Source: an uncultured Lachnospiraceae bacterium
GTDB taxonomy: Bacteria; Bacillota; Clostridia; Lachnospirales; Lachnospiraceae
Direction of reading: 5' to 3'
DNA length: 26,290 nt
NCBI GenBank assembly: GCA_902783445.1
Contig: CACZQX010000069.1
Coordinates: 1-26,290, forward strand
The notes under the pieces are model-generated. The model was not told where the DNA came from, did no database searches, and saw only the letters and a list, made by a program, of their open reading frames with translations. Below, piece by piece: positions 9,184 to 17,537 of the stretch. Numbering within the stretch: position 1 is the stretch's first letter; each line of letters opens with the position of its first letter. A program made the translations under genes and the position numbers.

Positions 9184-10098
9184 TTACTTGATTGTTGAAA
9201 GATGCTTTTTGGATGAAAAAGCACTTCCGATTAAGCCTATTCCCGCACCAATAATAAGCGCTACCGGCGCAAGTATAATAAATACATTGTGTACCGGAAG
9301 GAATGAAAAGCTGCTTGTTATAGTCTGGAATTGGCCGATTATCAAATAAATTACGTTTTTGTAAATAAAATACAATACAACAAGAGGAATTACGGCACCG
9401 ATCAGTCCTATAATAACACCTTCTATAATGAAAGGTGATTGAACGAAATAGTCGGTAGCACCGATAAGTCGCATAATCCTTATTTCCTCTTTTCTGACGG
9501 TAATACCTATTACAACGGTATTGCTTATAAGGAAGATACCTACCGCAAGCAATATTATTATGATTGCAATGGATATTACGCCCGCAAGAGTACCGAAATC
9601 ACTCAATGCACCGGCTGTTATTTCCGAAGCGTTAACCTGGCGCACTCCGTCAATTCCTTCTATATAGTTTACAAGAGAGCTTTGCATATCAATGTCATTT
9701 AAATATACGGAAAAAGAAGCTTCATCCGCAAGGGGATTATCATCTTTAAAGCCTTCGGCCAAATCCGGATAATCTTTAAAATAATCAATCTTAAACTGCT
9801 CCCATGCTTCTTCCGCAGACGTAAACTCAATCCTGCTTACTTCCGCACGTTTTTTTATTTGTGCTTCAATATCGTCAATTTTCGATTGCTCGATTCCTTC
9901 ATCAAAGAAAACCGTGACGCAGACCGATTCCTCTGCCTGATTTATCATGTAATTAAAATTTGCAATCAAGGCATAAAAAATACCGATAAGCAGAATACAT
10001 GCCGCAATGGTTGCGATTGATGCAAGTGAAAACAGCTTGTTTCTTCGTATATTTTTAAAGCCCTGACCTATGCTATAAATTAATGTACTTATCTTCAT
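9184..10098 (-). CDS. ftsX: Cell division/cell wall ABC permease FtsX
   Basis: Four TM segments with a large extracellular loop after TM1; RKEEIRIMRLIGATDYFVQSPFIIEG motif; overlaps the ftsE stop. Confidence 0.93.
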   Translation of the reverse strand: MKISTLIYSIGQGFKNIRRNKLFSLASIATIAACILLIGIFYALIANFNYMINQAEESVCVTVFFDEGIEQSKIDDIEAQIKKRAEVSRIEFTSAEEAWEQFKIDYFKDYPDLAEGFKDDNPLADEASFSVYLNDIDMQSSLVNYIEGIDGVRQVNASEITAGALSDFGTLAGVISIAIIIILLAVGIFLISNTVVIGITVRKEEIRIMRLIGATDYFVQSPFIIEGVIIGLIGAVIPLVVLYFIYKNVIYLIIGQFQTITSSFSFLPVHNVFIILAPVALIIGAGIGLIGSAFSSKKHLSTIK

Positions 10099-10777
10099 AT
10101 AAATATCCGCCCTTTTTCTCGTCGCTGATTATTTGACCTTTTTTCATGGTGACAACTCTTTTTTTCATTGCATCAACAATTTCTCTGTTGTGTGTAACAA
10201 CCACAACAGTTGTGCCGCGCTCATTGATTTCTTCCAAAAGTTTCATTATGTCCCAAGAATTTTTAGGGTCGAGGTTTCCGGTTGGTTCGTCCGCAAGCAA
10301 AATCTTCGGATCGTTCACAAGCGCTCTGGCAAGGGCAACTCTTTGCTGCTCACCACCGGACATTTGATTTGGATAGGATCTGTATTTTTGTGAAAGTCCT
10401 ACCAAAGACAGCATTTGAGGAACCTTTTTACGAATCAGGCGTGCCGGAGCCTCAACAACTCTCTGCGCAAAAGCAATATTTTCATATACATTTCTGTCTC
10501 TGAGTAGTCTGAAATCCTGAAATACAACACCTATTTGGCGTCTGTATTTAGGTACTTTTTTTCTTTTAAGTCTGTTAATACATTTATTATTAACATATAT
10601 TTTTCCCGATGTTGGCTCAAGTTCTTTCATAAGAAGCTTAATCAATGTAGATTTGCCGGACCCCGAGTCCCCGACAATAAACACAAACTCACCTTCATTT
10701 ATACGCAAACTAATATTCCTGAGGGCAGGTGTTCCCCCGGGCTCATAAGACTTGCTTACATTTTCAAGTATAATCAT
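10073..10777 (-). CDS. ftsE: Cell division ATP-binding protein FtsE
   Basis: GDSGSGKST Walker A, RRQIGVVFQDFRLL, MSGGEQQRVALARALVNDPKILLADEPTGNLD; adjacent to ftsX. Confidence 0.95.
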   Translation of the reverse strand: MIILENVSKSYEPGGTPALRNISLRINEGEFVFIVGDSGSGKSTLIKLLMKELEPTSGKIYVNNKCINRLKRKKVPKYRRQIGVVFQDFRLLRDRNVYENIAFAQRVVEAPARLIRKKVPQMLSLVGLSQKYRSYPNQMSGGEQQRVALARALVNDPKILLADEPTGNLDPKNSWDIMKLLEEINERGTTVVVVTHNREIVDAMKKRVVTMKKGQIISDEKKGGYLYEDKYINL

Positions 10778-10807
10778 CTTTTCCTCCCGGATTTATTAAG
10801 ACCAATC

Positions 10808-11896
10808 TTAATACTCCATGTTTTCGATATATTTCATATATTTAACAACCATTAACGCAATTTTAAATGTTATTGCATCTTCAAATATTCTAAGGTCGAG
10901 ACCCGTACCTTTTTGCAACTTGTCAAGTCTGTAAACCAGTGTATTTCTGTGAATATAAAGCTGTCTGGATGTTTCCGATACATTTAAGTTGTTCTCGAAA
11001 AATTTGTTAATTGTAATCAATGTCTCCTCATCGAAATCATCAGGTGTTTTGCCATCAAAAACTTCTTTGATAAACATCTTGCAAAGAGGTGTAGGAAGCT
11101 GGAATATAAGACGTCCTATACCAAGGTTGCTAAATGCAACGATGTATTTGTCCTCAAAGAAGATTTTTCCTACATCCAAAGCCATCTTGGCTTCTTTGTA
11201 AGATTTTGAAACTTCTTTAATGTCATTGACTATTGTTCCGTAAGCAACATGAACGCGGCCCGCTTCTTCTCCGCCGAAATTATCCACAACAATCTTTGCA
11301 ACCTTTTTCATATCGCTGTAAGTCTCATTAACTTTTAATTCTCTTACGATAATAATATTCTTTTCATCAACCGCCGTTATAAAGTCGGATTGCTTTTGGG
11401 CAAACATAGTTCTTAAAAGTTCCAAAGCATTTGGATCTTTGTCGTGGTCCGTTTCGACAATAAAAACAATACGTCTTGCTTCAACATCGATGTGAAGCTT
11501 TTTTGTTTTGCTGTAAATATCAACAAGCAAAAGATTGTCCAACAAGAGATTTTTGATAAAATTATCTTTGTCAAAACGTTCCTTGTAAGCAACCATCAGA
11601 TTCTGAATCTGGAATGTTGCCATTTTACCTATCATATATAAATCATCCGAATTGCCCTTTACCATAAGAACAAGTTCGGTCTGTTCATCGTCGCTAACCT
11701 TAAAAAAAAGCTCATCCTGCATACTCTGGCTGTCGGCCTGGGAAAGAACAAAGCTCTTAACTGTTTCGGAATAGTCCGATGTTATTGGAAATGTAGTTGC
11801 AAAAACCTTGCCCTCCAAGTCCAGAACGCAAAAGTCTGCTCTTGTAATGTTTTTCATTCCCTCAAGTGTCGTTTGTAATATTTGGCTTGAAATCAT
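10808..11896 (-). CDS. CdaR/PucR-family transcriptional regulator
   Basis: C-terminal HTH signature NLNVSETSRQLYIHRNTLVYRLDKL...TGLDLR, preceded by a GGDEF-like middle domain. Confidence 0.88.
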   Translation of the reverse strand: MISSQILQTTLEGMKNITRADFCVLDLEGKVFATTFPITSDYSETVKSFVLSQADSQSMQDELFFKVSDDEQTELVLMVKGNSDDLYMIGKMATFQIQNLMVAYKERFDKDNFIKNLLLDNLLLVDIYSKTKKLHIDVEARRIVFIVETDHDKDPNALELLRTMFAQKQSDFITAVDEKNIIIVRELKVNETYSDMKKVAKIVVDNFGGEEAGRVHVAYGTIVNDIKEVSKSYKEAKMALDVGKIFFEDKYIVAFSNLGIGRLIFQLPTPLCKMFIKEVFDGKTPDDFDEETLITINKFFENNLNVSETSRQLYIHRNTLVYRLDKLQKGTGLDLRIFEDAITFKIALMVVKYMKYIENMEY

Positions 11897-12040
11897 AATA
11901 TATGCCTCACTAAAAAATCTTTGGGTATATTTTAACCTATTTTGGCAAAAATTTAAAGTGTCTTTTGTGCAAAATGTTTATAATAATGCCTGTTTTTTAT
12001 CCGATAAATTAAAAATAAGGACCATTTTTTGTTAAATATG

Positions 12041-12069
12041 TTGAAAGGCCCTATCCGTTATTCTATAAT
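12041..12069 (+). promoter_or_regulatory. Sigma-A-type promoter for the YjfB-like gene
   Basis: TTGAAA (12041-12046) - 17 bp - TATAAT (12064-12069). Confidence 0.7.
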
Positions 12070-12158
12070 TAAGCTAACATAAAATCATCACCAAGGGATG
12101 AAAACACTTTGTGTTTTTCATAAAAACGGCTTTTTTAAGCCAAGAAGGAGGAAAAGAT

Positions 12159-12335
12159 ATGGAGATAGGTGAACTGTCAACAGCACTTGCCATGACCGAT
12201 GTCGGCAATCAAGTCGCTGTAGCCGTATTGGATAACTCCTTAGATACCGTTGAGGCACTCGGAGACGGGATGGTAAAAATGATGGAGCAATCCGTCATGC
12301 CACATCTCGGCGGAAACATTGACTACTCAGTATAG
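12159..12335 (+). CDS. Small YjfB-family ('putative motility protein') protein, 58 aa
   Basis: Strong SD AAGGAGG before ATG 12159. MEIGELSTALAMTDVGNQVAVAVLDNSLD...MMEQSVMPHLGGNIDYSV ends in the PHLGGNID-type C-terminus typical of YjfB. Flanked by a promoter and a terminator. Confidence 0.8.
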   Translation: MEIGELSTALAMTDVGNQVAVAVLDNSLDTVEALGDGMVKMMEQSVMPHLGGNIDYSV

Positions 12336-12353
12336 TATGAGTCCAATCGGCAG

Positions 12354-12386
12354 AGAAAAAGAGCTGCAAATCGCAGCTCTTTTTCT
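12354..12386. terminator. Bidirectional intrinsic terminator between the convergent yjfB-like and traX-like genes
   Basis: AGAAAAAGAGCTGC-AAATC-GCAGCTCTTTTTCT, a perfect 14-bp stem. Confidence 0.85.
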
Positions 12387-12399
12387 TTATATCCGTTTA

Positions 12400-13203
12400 T
12401 TAATATCCCATACTCCAAATATTGGAAAGGGTAACATCGTCTTTGACTATAAGTCTTACAATTATAAGAATTATCAAATGAACCGGATAGAAGCCGTAAA
12501 ATACAACCTTCAAATATTTTCCGAAGAATTTTCCTCCTCTTTTTCCGTTGTATAAATACTTCAAAATAAACACCGGCGCTATCATTGCCAAAAGATAAAG
12601 TCTTTCCCACCAGGTGGTTTGAAATTTATCAGGTATTCCGTTCTTCTCGCAATAAAAGAAATAAATAATCGCAAACAACTCATATCCCACAACCGTTGCG
12701 GACACAAGTAAAAGTTGAGGTACAAATTTGTCCTTATAATGATAAAAAATAATCGTAAAGACAAGCGGTACCACCGGCCAGCCTCCAATGAAGAAGGACA
12801 GGGCAAACATCAAAATACAAATAAGCACTTTGAAGATTATTTTCACTTTTTTTGAATCAATTGCGGCTATGCAAATAAGTCCCATTAGGTAATCAAACAT
12901 AATATTCTGTCTGAAACCGTACATATCATAAAAGAATAATGTGAAAGGAATCGCTGATAAAAGTCCGCAAATAAAAAGCCTTATCATATACTTTTTAAGG
13001 TTTGATGTATAGAAAAAGCCTTCCACAATAAAATAACACATACAAGGCACGGAAATACGGCCTATAATATGAATTATCTGCGCTGCCGGCGTATGAATGT
13101 CAAGGGCACACCATGCCCAATGATCCAAAATCATCAACACCATGGTCAAAATTTTTAATGCCGATGATGAAATAAACTTTATATTAACTTTGCTTTCTTC
13201 CAT
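12400..13203 (-). CDS. TraX-family integral membrane protein (putative acyltransferase)
   Basis: LKILTMVLMILDH, IGRISVPCMCYFIVEGFFYTSNLKKY..RL, QNIMFDY, LYNGKRG and FYGFYPVHL patterns; multiple TM segments. Confidence 0.8.
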   Translation of the reverse strand: MEESKVNIKFISSSALKILTMVLMILDHWAWCALDIHTPAAQIIHIIGRISVPCMCYFIVEGFFYTSNLKKYMIRLFICGLLSAIPFTLFFYDMYGFRQNIMFDYLMGLICIAAIDSKKVKIIFKVLICILMFALSFFIGGWPVVPLVFTIIFYHYKDKFVPQLLLVSATVVGYELFAIIYFFYCEKNGIPDKFQTTWWERLYLLAMIAPVFILKYLYNGKRGGKFFGKYLKVVFYGFYPVHLIILIIVRLIVKDDVTLSNIWSMGY

Positions 13204-13311
13204 TATTATCCCCTAACATCGTTTTAGGCCCTTATTAATTACCCATACAGCCAATATATTTTACCCTAAAACTATTATTAATACAATAAAAATTAATATA
13301 AGTTTCATAAT

Positions 13312-14145
13312 TTATTTACGTACAAGGTGGATTTCACCCTCAACAAACTCTATTTTTTTCTCCTTAAACAAACGTCCCACCGCTCTCTTGAAGGCTGCTT
13401 TACTCATGTTAAAGTCCTTTTTTATGGTTTCCGGCGTCGCTTTGTCGTCATAAGGAAGCTCACCGTCATATTCCATTATGCCTTCCAAAACCTTTTTTGC
13501 ATCATCTTCCATTTGCAAATATGCTTTTTTGACAATGCTTAAGTTAAGTTTTCCGTCTTCTCTTACGGACGTAACTCTTGCCCTAACCACGTCACCTTCT
13601 TTTATTCCAAAGACCTCTCTTTTCGGTATAAGCCCATAAAATCTGTTGTCCACGGCCACAAAGGCTCCGAATCTGTCGCTTACTTCGTAAACGGTGCCCG
13701 TTACTTCATCTTCTTTTTCGTATTCTTCCGCCACTTTTAAAAGTTTGTCAATCTTCATGGAAGCGCAAAGACGGTTACTTTTATCCACATAAACGGTCAC
13801 AAGATAAGACTTGCCCTGCTCTACCGTGCCGCTTTGCTGTTTGTATGGAAGCAAAATGTCTTTTTCCAATCCCCATTCCAAGAATGCGCCGATTTTTGTT
13901 ACGGATTTAACCTTTAAAAGACCCAGTCCCCCGGGCATAACAGTCGGCATACTTGTGGTGCTGATAAGACGGTCTTCCGAATCTCGGTAAATAAATACCT
14001 CTATAGCATCACCTATTTCAATGTCTTTCGGCACTTGCTTTTTCGGCAGCAGAACTTTTTCGTCCTTGGTTCCCAAATAAACACCGAAATCCACTTTTTC
14101 TATTACGTTTAAACTTAATCTTTTTCCTACTTCAATAACTGACAT
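13312..14145 (-). CDS. cvfB: CvfB/YitL-family multi-S1-domain RNA-binding protein
   Basis: Repeated S1 motifs (FGVYLG...VLLPK; IGAFLEWGLEKDILLP; FGAFVAVD) and C-terminal winged-helix motif FNMSKAAFKRAVGRLFKE. Confidence 0.85.
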   Translation of the reverse strand: MSVIEVGKRLSLNVIEKVDFGVYLGTKDEKVLLPKKQVPKDIEIGDAIEVFIYRDSEDRLISTTSMPTVMPGGLGLLKVKSVTKIGAFLEWGLEKDILLPYKQQSGTVEQGKSYLVTVYVDKSNRLCASMKIDKLLKVAEEYEKEDEVTGTVYEVSDRFGAFVAVDNRFYGLIPKREVFGIKEGDVVRARVTSVREDGKLNLSIVKKAYLQMEDDAKKVLEGIMEYDGELPYDDKATPETIKKDFNMSKAAFKRAVGRLFKEKKIEFVEGEIHLVRK

Positions 14146-14149
14146 ATAC

Positions 14150-14866
14150 TTAAATCCTTTCGGTAAACTCCAGACTTACAAACAGTTCACCCTGCTCATT
14201 TTCCAAAAGCACATAATACGCATTCTTTTCTTTGGCTGTCTTTACTACTATATTATCATTTTTTCTTGCCGGAAGGTTGTATTGCACTCTGAGCATTGCA
14301 ATGTCCGCTTCCTCCGGAATATAGTCAAGAGCCATATCGATATATCTTGCATTATTCACATGATTGTTGGTATCAAGCTGATATCTTCTAACCTTTATAA
14401 TATCTTTCTTTTCAAACTGCGTGTCGGGAAGATCTATTTTTCTGGGAAGATATTCCATATCGAGTTTTTCGTCAAGCTCTATTCCCGTTTTTGCCGCATC
14501 CGAGACACGCATGGGAAAACCGGTTTCGGCATTTATCAATGTCCAAACCGAGTTGACTTTAACTATTTTTTCTTTGTTTTCGTCTTCTATAAGGAAGTTT
14601 CTGAATCCGCAACCGCCCTTAAATTCGTAAGGTATTGTGGAAACATCTATTTTTTCTCCCAAGCTCGGCCTTCTGTCTATTACGATTTGCCAAGAGTTTA
14701 ATATCCATGCCTGATTATATTCTTCCCTAAGTTTCATGGTTGGCATTCCGCGCTTTGCAACATGCATGGTGCTGCAATTTTGTATATCATCAACCATAGC
14801 CGTTATAGTCATTAAGGCATCCGAATCGATTTGCGAATATTTAACTTCCGTTTGATAGGTAAACAT
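14150..14866 (-). CDS. Acyl-[ACP] thioesterase (FatA/FatB-like double hotdog)
   Basis: WILNSWQIVIDRRP, RNFLI and LDTNNHVNNARYI catalytic motif. ATG 14866 fits the SD GAAGGGG better than ATG 14872. Confidence 0.88.
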   Translation of the reverse strand: MFTYQTEVKYSQIDSDALMTITAMVDDIQNCSTMHVAKRGMPTMKLREEYNQAWILNSWQIVIDRRPSLGEKIDVSTIPYEFKGGCGFRNFLIEDENKEKIVKVNSVWTLINAETGFPMRVSDAAKTGIELDEKLDMEYLPRKIDLPDTQFEKKDIIKVRRYQLDTNNHVNNARYIDMALDYIPEEADIAMLRVQYNLPARKNDNIVVKTAKEKNAYYVLLENEQGELFVSLEFTERI

Positions 14867-14905
14867 GGACATCCCCCTTCATTATACAAATCTATGATAC
14901 AAAAT

Positions 14906-14931
14906 AAGGGAGCTGTCAATTCAGCTCCCTT
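14906..14931 (-). terminator. Terminator hairpin immediately downstream of tRNA-Gln
   Basis: AAGGGAGCTG-TCAATT-CAGCTCCCTT, a perfect 10-bp stem followed by ATTTT on the minus strand. Confidence 0.8.
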
Positions 14932-14934
14932 TAA

Positions 14935-15006
14935 CTGGCCCACAAGGATTCGAACCTTGAAATGCTGGAGTCAGAGTCCAGTGCCTTACCGTTTGGCGAT
15001 GGGCCA
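14935..15006 (-). tRNA. tRNA-Gln (anticodon CTG); CCA not encoded
   Basis: TGGCCCA/TGGGCCA acceptor stem, D-arm GCCAAACGGTAAGGC, anticodon arm CTGGA-CT-CTG-AC-TCCAG, T-loop GGTTCGAATCC; 72 nt. Confidence 0.97.
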
Positions 15007-15035
15007 ATGTGTCTTACTCCGTAGCGACAAAGCAA

Positions 15036-15064
15036 ATTATACAACATCATAAAAAGATTTTCAA
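15036..15064 (-). promoter_or_regulatory. Sigma-A promoter for tRNA-Gln
   Basis: TTGAAA (15064-15059) - 17 bp - TATAAT (15041-15036) on the minus strand. Confidence 0.75.
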
Positions 15065-15192
15065 GCACTTTGTTAAAAATTATTTAAAGCAATTTTTTTA
15101 TGGCTCAAGTCACTTATCATCACATTCAAAATGTGCTATACTCAATAAAGCTTTACAGCTTTTGTTCATTAGTTTTTAAGGGAGTAAAAATC

Positions 15193-15783
15193 ATGAAATT
15201 AAAGGAAAAACTCAATTTATCGGATATATCATTCAAAAAGGTGCTGATACTTGCTGTTGTTATAGCAATTATCATCATCTGTCTCGTTAAATTCGCCACA
15301 TTCGGCACAAAAAATCCAAACGGTGATATTTCGGGCAAAACAAAACTTGTGGAAGTAACCGTAACCAAAGTCACCGACGGCGATACCATTTGGGTTGAAT
15401 ACGAAAATTACAAAAAGAAAGTCAGACTTATCGGTATCGATTGTCCCGAAAGTGTTGCCTACGATGCTGACAGAAACACAAAAGAAGGGGCAAAAGCAAG
15501 CGATTACACCAAATCCCTCATCAAAAAAGGAGATACCGTTTATCTCCAGACGGATGTTTCGGATGTGGACAAATACGACAGATATTTGCGCTATGTTTGG
15601 CTTGAAGAGCCGGAAGACGTAAACGACGAATCGGAAATCAGAGCCAAAATGCTCAATGCCATTATTTTATTAAACGGCTATGCAAATGCCAAAGAATATG
15701 CGCCTGATACAAAATACGCAGAGCTTTTTAAGAGCTTTGAAGAAGAATCAAAAAACGCCCACATGGGTTTGTGGGCGCAGTAA
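15193..15783 (+). CDS. Membrane-anchored thermonuclease (SNase family)
   Basis: N-terminal hydrophobic anchor; VTKVTDGDTI, VRLIGIDCPE, DKYDRYLRYVW and GLW motifs; SD AAGGGAG before ATG 15193. Confidence 0.9.
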   Translation: MKLKEKLNLSDISFKKVLILAVVIAIIIICLVKFATFGTKNPNGDISGKTKLVEVTVTKVTDGDTIWVEYENYKKKVRLIGIDCPESVAYDADRNTKEGAKASDYTKSLIKKGDTVYLQTDVSDVDKYDRYLRYVWLEEPEDVNDESEIRAKMLNAIILLNGYANAKEYAPDTKYAELFKSFEEESKNAHMGLWAQ

Positions 15784-15793
15784 AATTTGATAT

Positions 15794-16315
15794 TTAGTGT
15801 GTTTTTGGCTCATCATAGTTTTCGCCGAATGTTTCAACGCTGACTTTTTTAAGTTGCTGTTTTTCAACAGGCATATCAAACATATTTGTTTCAACACAAG
15901 CAATCTTATCAACAATATCAAGACCTTCGATAACTTTACCGAATGCTGCGTACTTGCCGTCAAGATGAGGGCTTGTTTGATGCATGATAAAGAACTGTGA
16001 ACCTGCGGAATTAGGGTCCATAGCTCTTGCCATAGAAAGAACGCCGGCTTCGTGTTTTAAGTCGTTTTTAAAACCGTTTGATGAAAATTCACCGTCTATT
16101 TCATATCCCGGGCCACCTGTTCCGTTTCCCAAAGGGTCTCCGCCCTGAATCATAAAACCGCGAATTATTCTGTGAAAAATAAGTCCGTCATAAAAACCTT
16201 TATTAATAAGACTTATAAAATTATTAACAGTATTCGGAGCTATTTCCGGGTAAAGCTCGGCTTTCATAACATCTCCGTTTTCCATTTCAAATGTAACAAT
16301 TGGATTTTGTGCCAT
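15794..16315 (-). CDS. ppiB: Cyclophilin-type peptidyl-prolyl cis-trans isomerase
   Basis: APNTVNNF, FYDGLIFHRIIRGFMIQGGDP, SMARAMDPNSAGSQFFI, HLDGKYAAFGKV. Start MAQNPIV at 16315 after AAGGAG. Confidence 0.93.
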   Translation of the reverse strand: MAQNPIVTFEMENGDVMKAELYPEIAPNTVNNFISLINKGFYDGLIFHRIIRGFMIQGGDPLGNGTGGPGYEIDGEFSSNGFKNDLKHEAGVLSMARAMDPNSAGSQFFIMHQTSPHLDGKYAAFGKVIEGLDIVDKIACVETNMFDMPVEKQQLKKVSVETFGENYDEPKTH

Positions 16316-16358
16316 TGCTAATCTCCTTTTTCTTTTTTTATTTCCTTCGGATTTTTTA

Positions 16359-16387
16359 ATCATATTAAAATATCATCTTATAGTCAA
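16359..16387 (-). promoter_or_regulatory. Sigma-A promoter for ppiB
   Basis: TTGACT (16387-16382) - 17 bp - TATGAT (16364-16359). Confidence 0.7.
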
Positions 16388-16410
16388 GTCCGCCACTATT
16401 ATTTTTAACG

Positions 16411-16439
16411 GTGCAAAAGCTTGTTTTCTGTGTTATTAT
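16411..16439 (+). promoter_or_regulatory. Putative extended -10 promoter for the zinc-ribbon/TPM pair
   Basis: GTGCAA (16411-16416) - 17 bp - TATTAT (16434-16439), with a TG at 16431-16432. Confidence 0.5.
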
Positions 16440-16472
16440 TGTACTGTATAAATACAAAATAGGAGGACTGAC

Positions 16473-17537
16473 ATGGTTAGAAATTACAAGTGTCCGGGTT
16501 GCGGTGCCGCAATGGAATTCGATTCCGTCTCGCAAAAAATGCACTGCAGTCACTGCGATACTTTTCTTAGTGTGGAAGAGCTTGATGCCCTTTACAAAGA
16601 CACAGATCAAAACAACAGTGAACAAGTTAACACATCAGGAGAATTCACAAACAGAGACGAGACACAAAACTTTCAAGTTTATAAATGCCCAAGCTGTGGA
16701 GCCGAGGTTCTTTGCGATGCTCACACAGCCGCTACTTTTTGCAGTTTCTGCGGAAATCCGACTATATTAAAAGACAGAGTCGAAGGTCTCAAAACCCCAG
16801 ATGCCATTATTCCTTTTAAAATAAGTAAGGAACAAGCCGTTGAAATGTACAAAGCCTGGACAAAAAAAGGACTGTTTACACCGTCTCTTTTTCGTTCCCG
16901 CACGGTTATAGAAAAAATCACCGGCATTTACGTGCCATTTTGGATTTACGATTATGATGCCGAAGCGGATATTACCGCTCATTGTACCAGAGTTCATCAT
17001 GAAAGACGTGGAAACACCGAATATATTCATACCGATAATTTCCGTGTAACAAGAGATGTGTGTGCCGATTATCTTAAGGTTCCCGCCGATGCATCCGAAA
17101 AAATGCCGGATGATGTTATGGATATGATGGAGCCTTTCAATTACGAAGAAATGACCAAGTTCGAAATGCCATATCTTTCCGGTTTTTACGCGGAAAAATA
17201 CAACTACGACCGCGACCAATTGGCTCCGAGAGTCGAAAAAAGAGTCGGCGAATATATAGTTGATGCTGCTCGTTCTTCAATTGTAGGCTACAGCACCGTA
17301 AATATCATCAATTCGCAAACAAACTTGATCAGAAACGATGCCCATTACACCATGTTTCCGGTTTGGGTTTTAAACTACCGCTATATGGACAAAGATTATA
17401 GTTTTACATTAAACGGACAAACAGGAAAAATCGTGGGTTATCTTCCTGTTTCCAAAGCAAAAGCCTTTGGTTTTTTTGCTGTGGCTACAGCCGTTCTGTT
17501 CGGCGTATTTACATTGATAGGAGGTATTTTCGGATGA
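16473..17537 (+). CDS. Double zinc-ribbon protein with C-terminal TM helix (YdjG-like)
   Basis: Four CxxC motifs forming two ribbons (CPGC...CSHC; CPSC...CSFC), central PDAIIPF/GIYVPFW/PVW..NGQTGK pattern, hydrophobic C-terminus; SD AGGAGG. Confidence 0.8.
   Translation: MVRNYKCPGCGAAMEFDSVSQKMHCSHCDTFLSVEELDALYKDTDQNNSEQVNTSGEFTNRDETQNFQVYKCPSCGAEVLCDAHTAATFCSFCGNPTILKDRVEGLKTPDAIIPFKISKEQAVEMYKAWTKKGLFTPSLFRSRTVIEKITGIYVPFWIYDYDAEADITAHCTRVHHERRGNTEYIHTDNFRVTRDVCADYLKVPADASEKMPDDVMDMMEPFNYEEMTKFEMPYLSGFYAEKYNYDRDQLAPRVEKRVGEYIVDAARSSIVGYSTVNIINSQTNLIRNDAHYTMFPVWVLNYRYMDKDYSFTLNGQTGKIVGYLPVSKAKAFGFFAVATAVLFGVFTLIGGIFG

Noticed and set aside
12076-12158. c-di-GMP or other known riboswitch in the yjfB-like leader
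   Set aside because: The conserved c-di-GMP-I elements (GCAAA/GAAA tetraloop-receptor architecture) are not recognisable; only two simple hairpins are present.
12323-12806. Minus-strand ORFs 12323-12610 and 12582-12806 and plus-strand 12319-12555
   Set aside because: They overlap traX out of frame or antisense and run through a strong terminator, with no supporting signals.
14872-14886. TATAAT 8 nt upstream of ATG 14872, suggesting a leaderless thioesterase mRNA
   Set aside because: There is no credible -35 or TG extension, and a good SD is properly spaced for ATG 14866.
14935-15783. tRNA-Gln as an integration site for an island carrying the nuclease
   Set aside because: No integrase and no duplicated tRNA 3' end (att) was noticed in the window. 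The nuclease is on the tRNA's 5' side, and the 3' side leads straight into a terminator and housekeeping genes.
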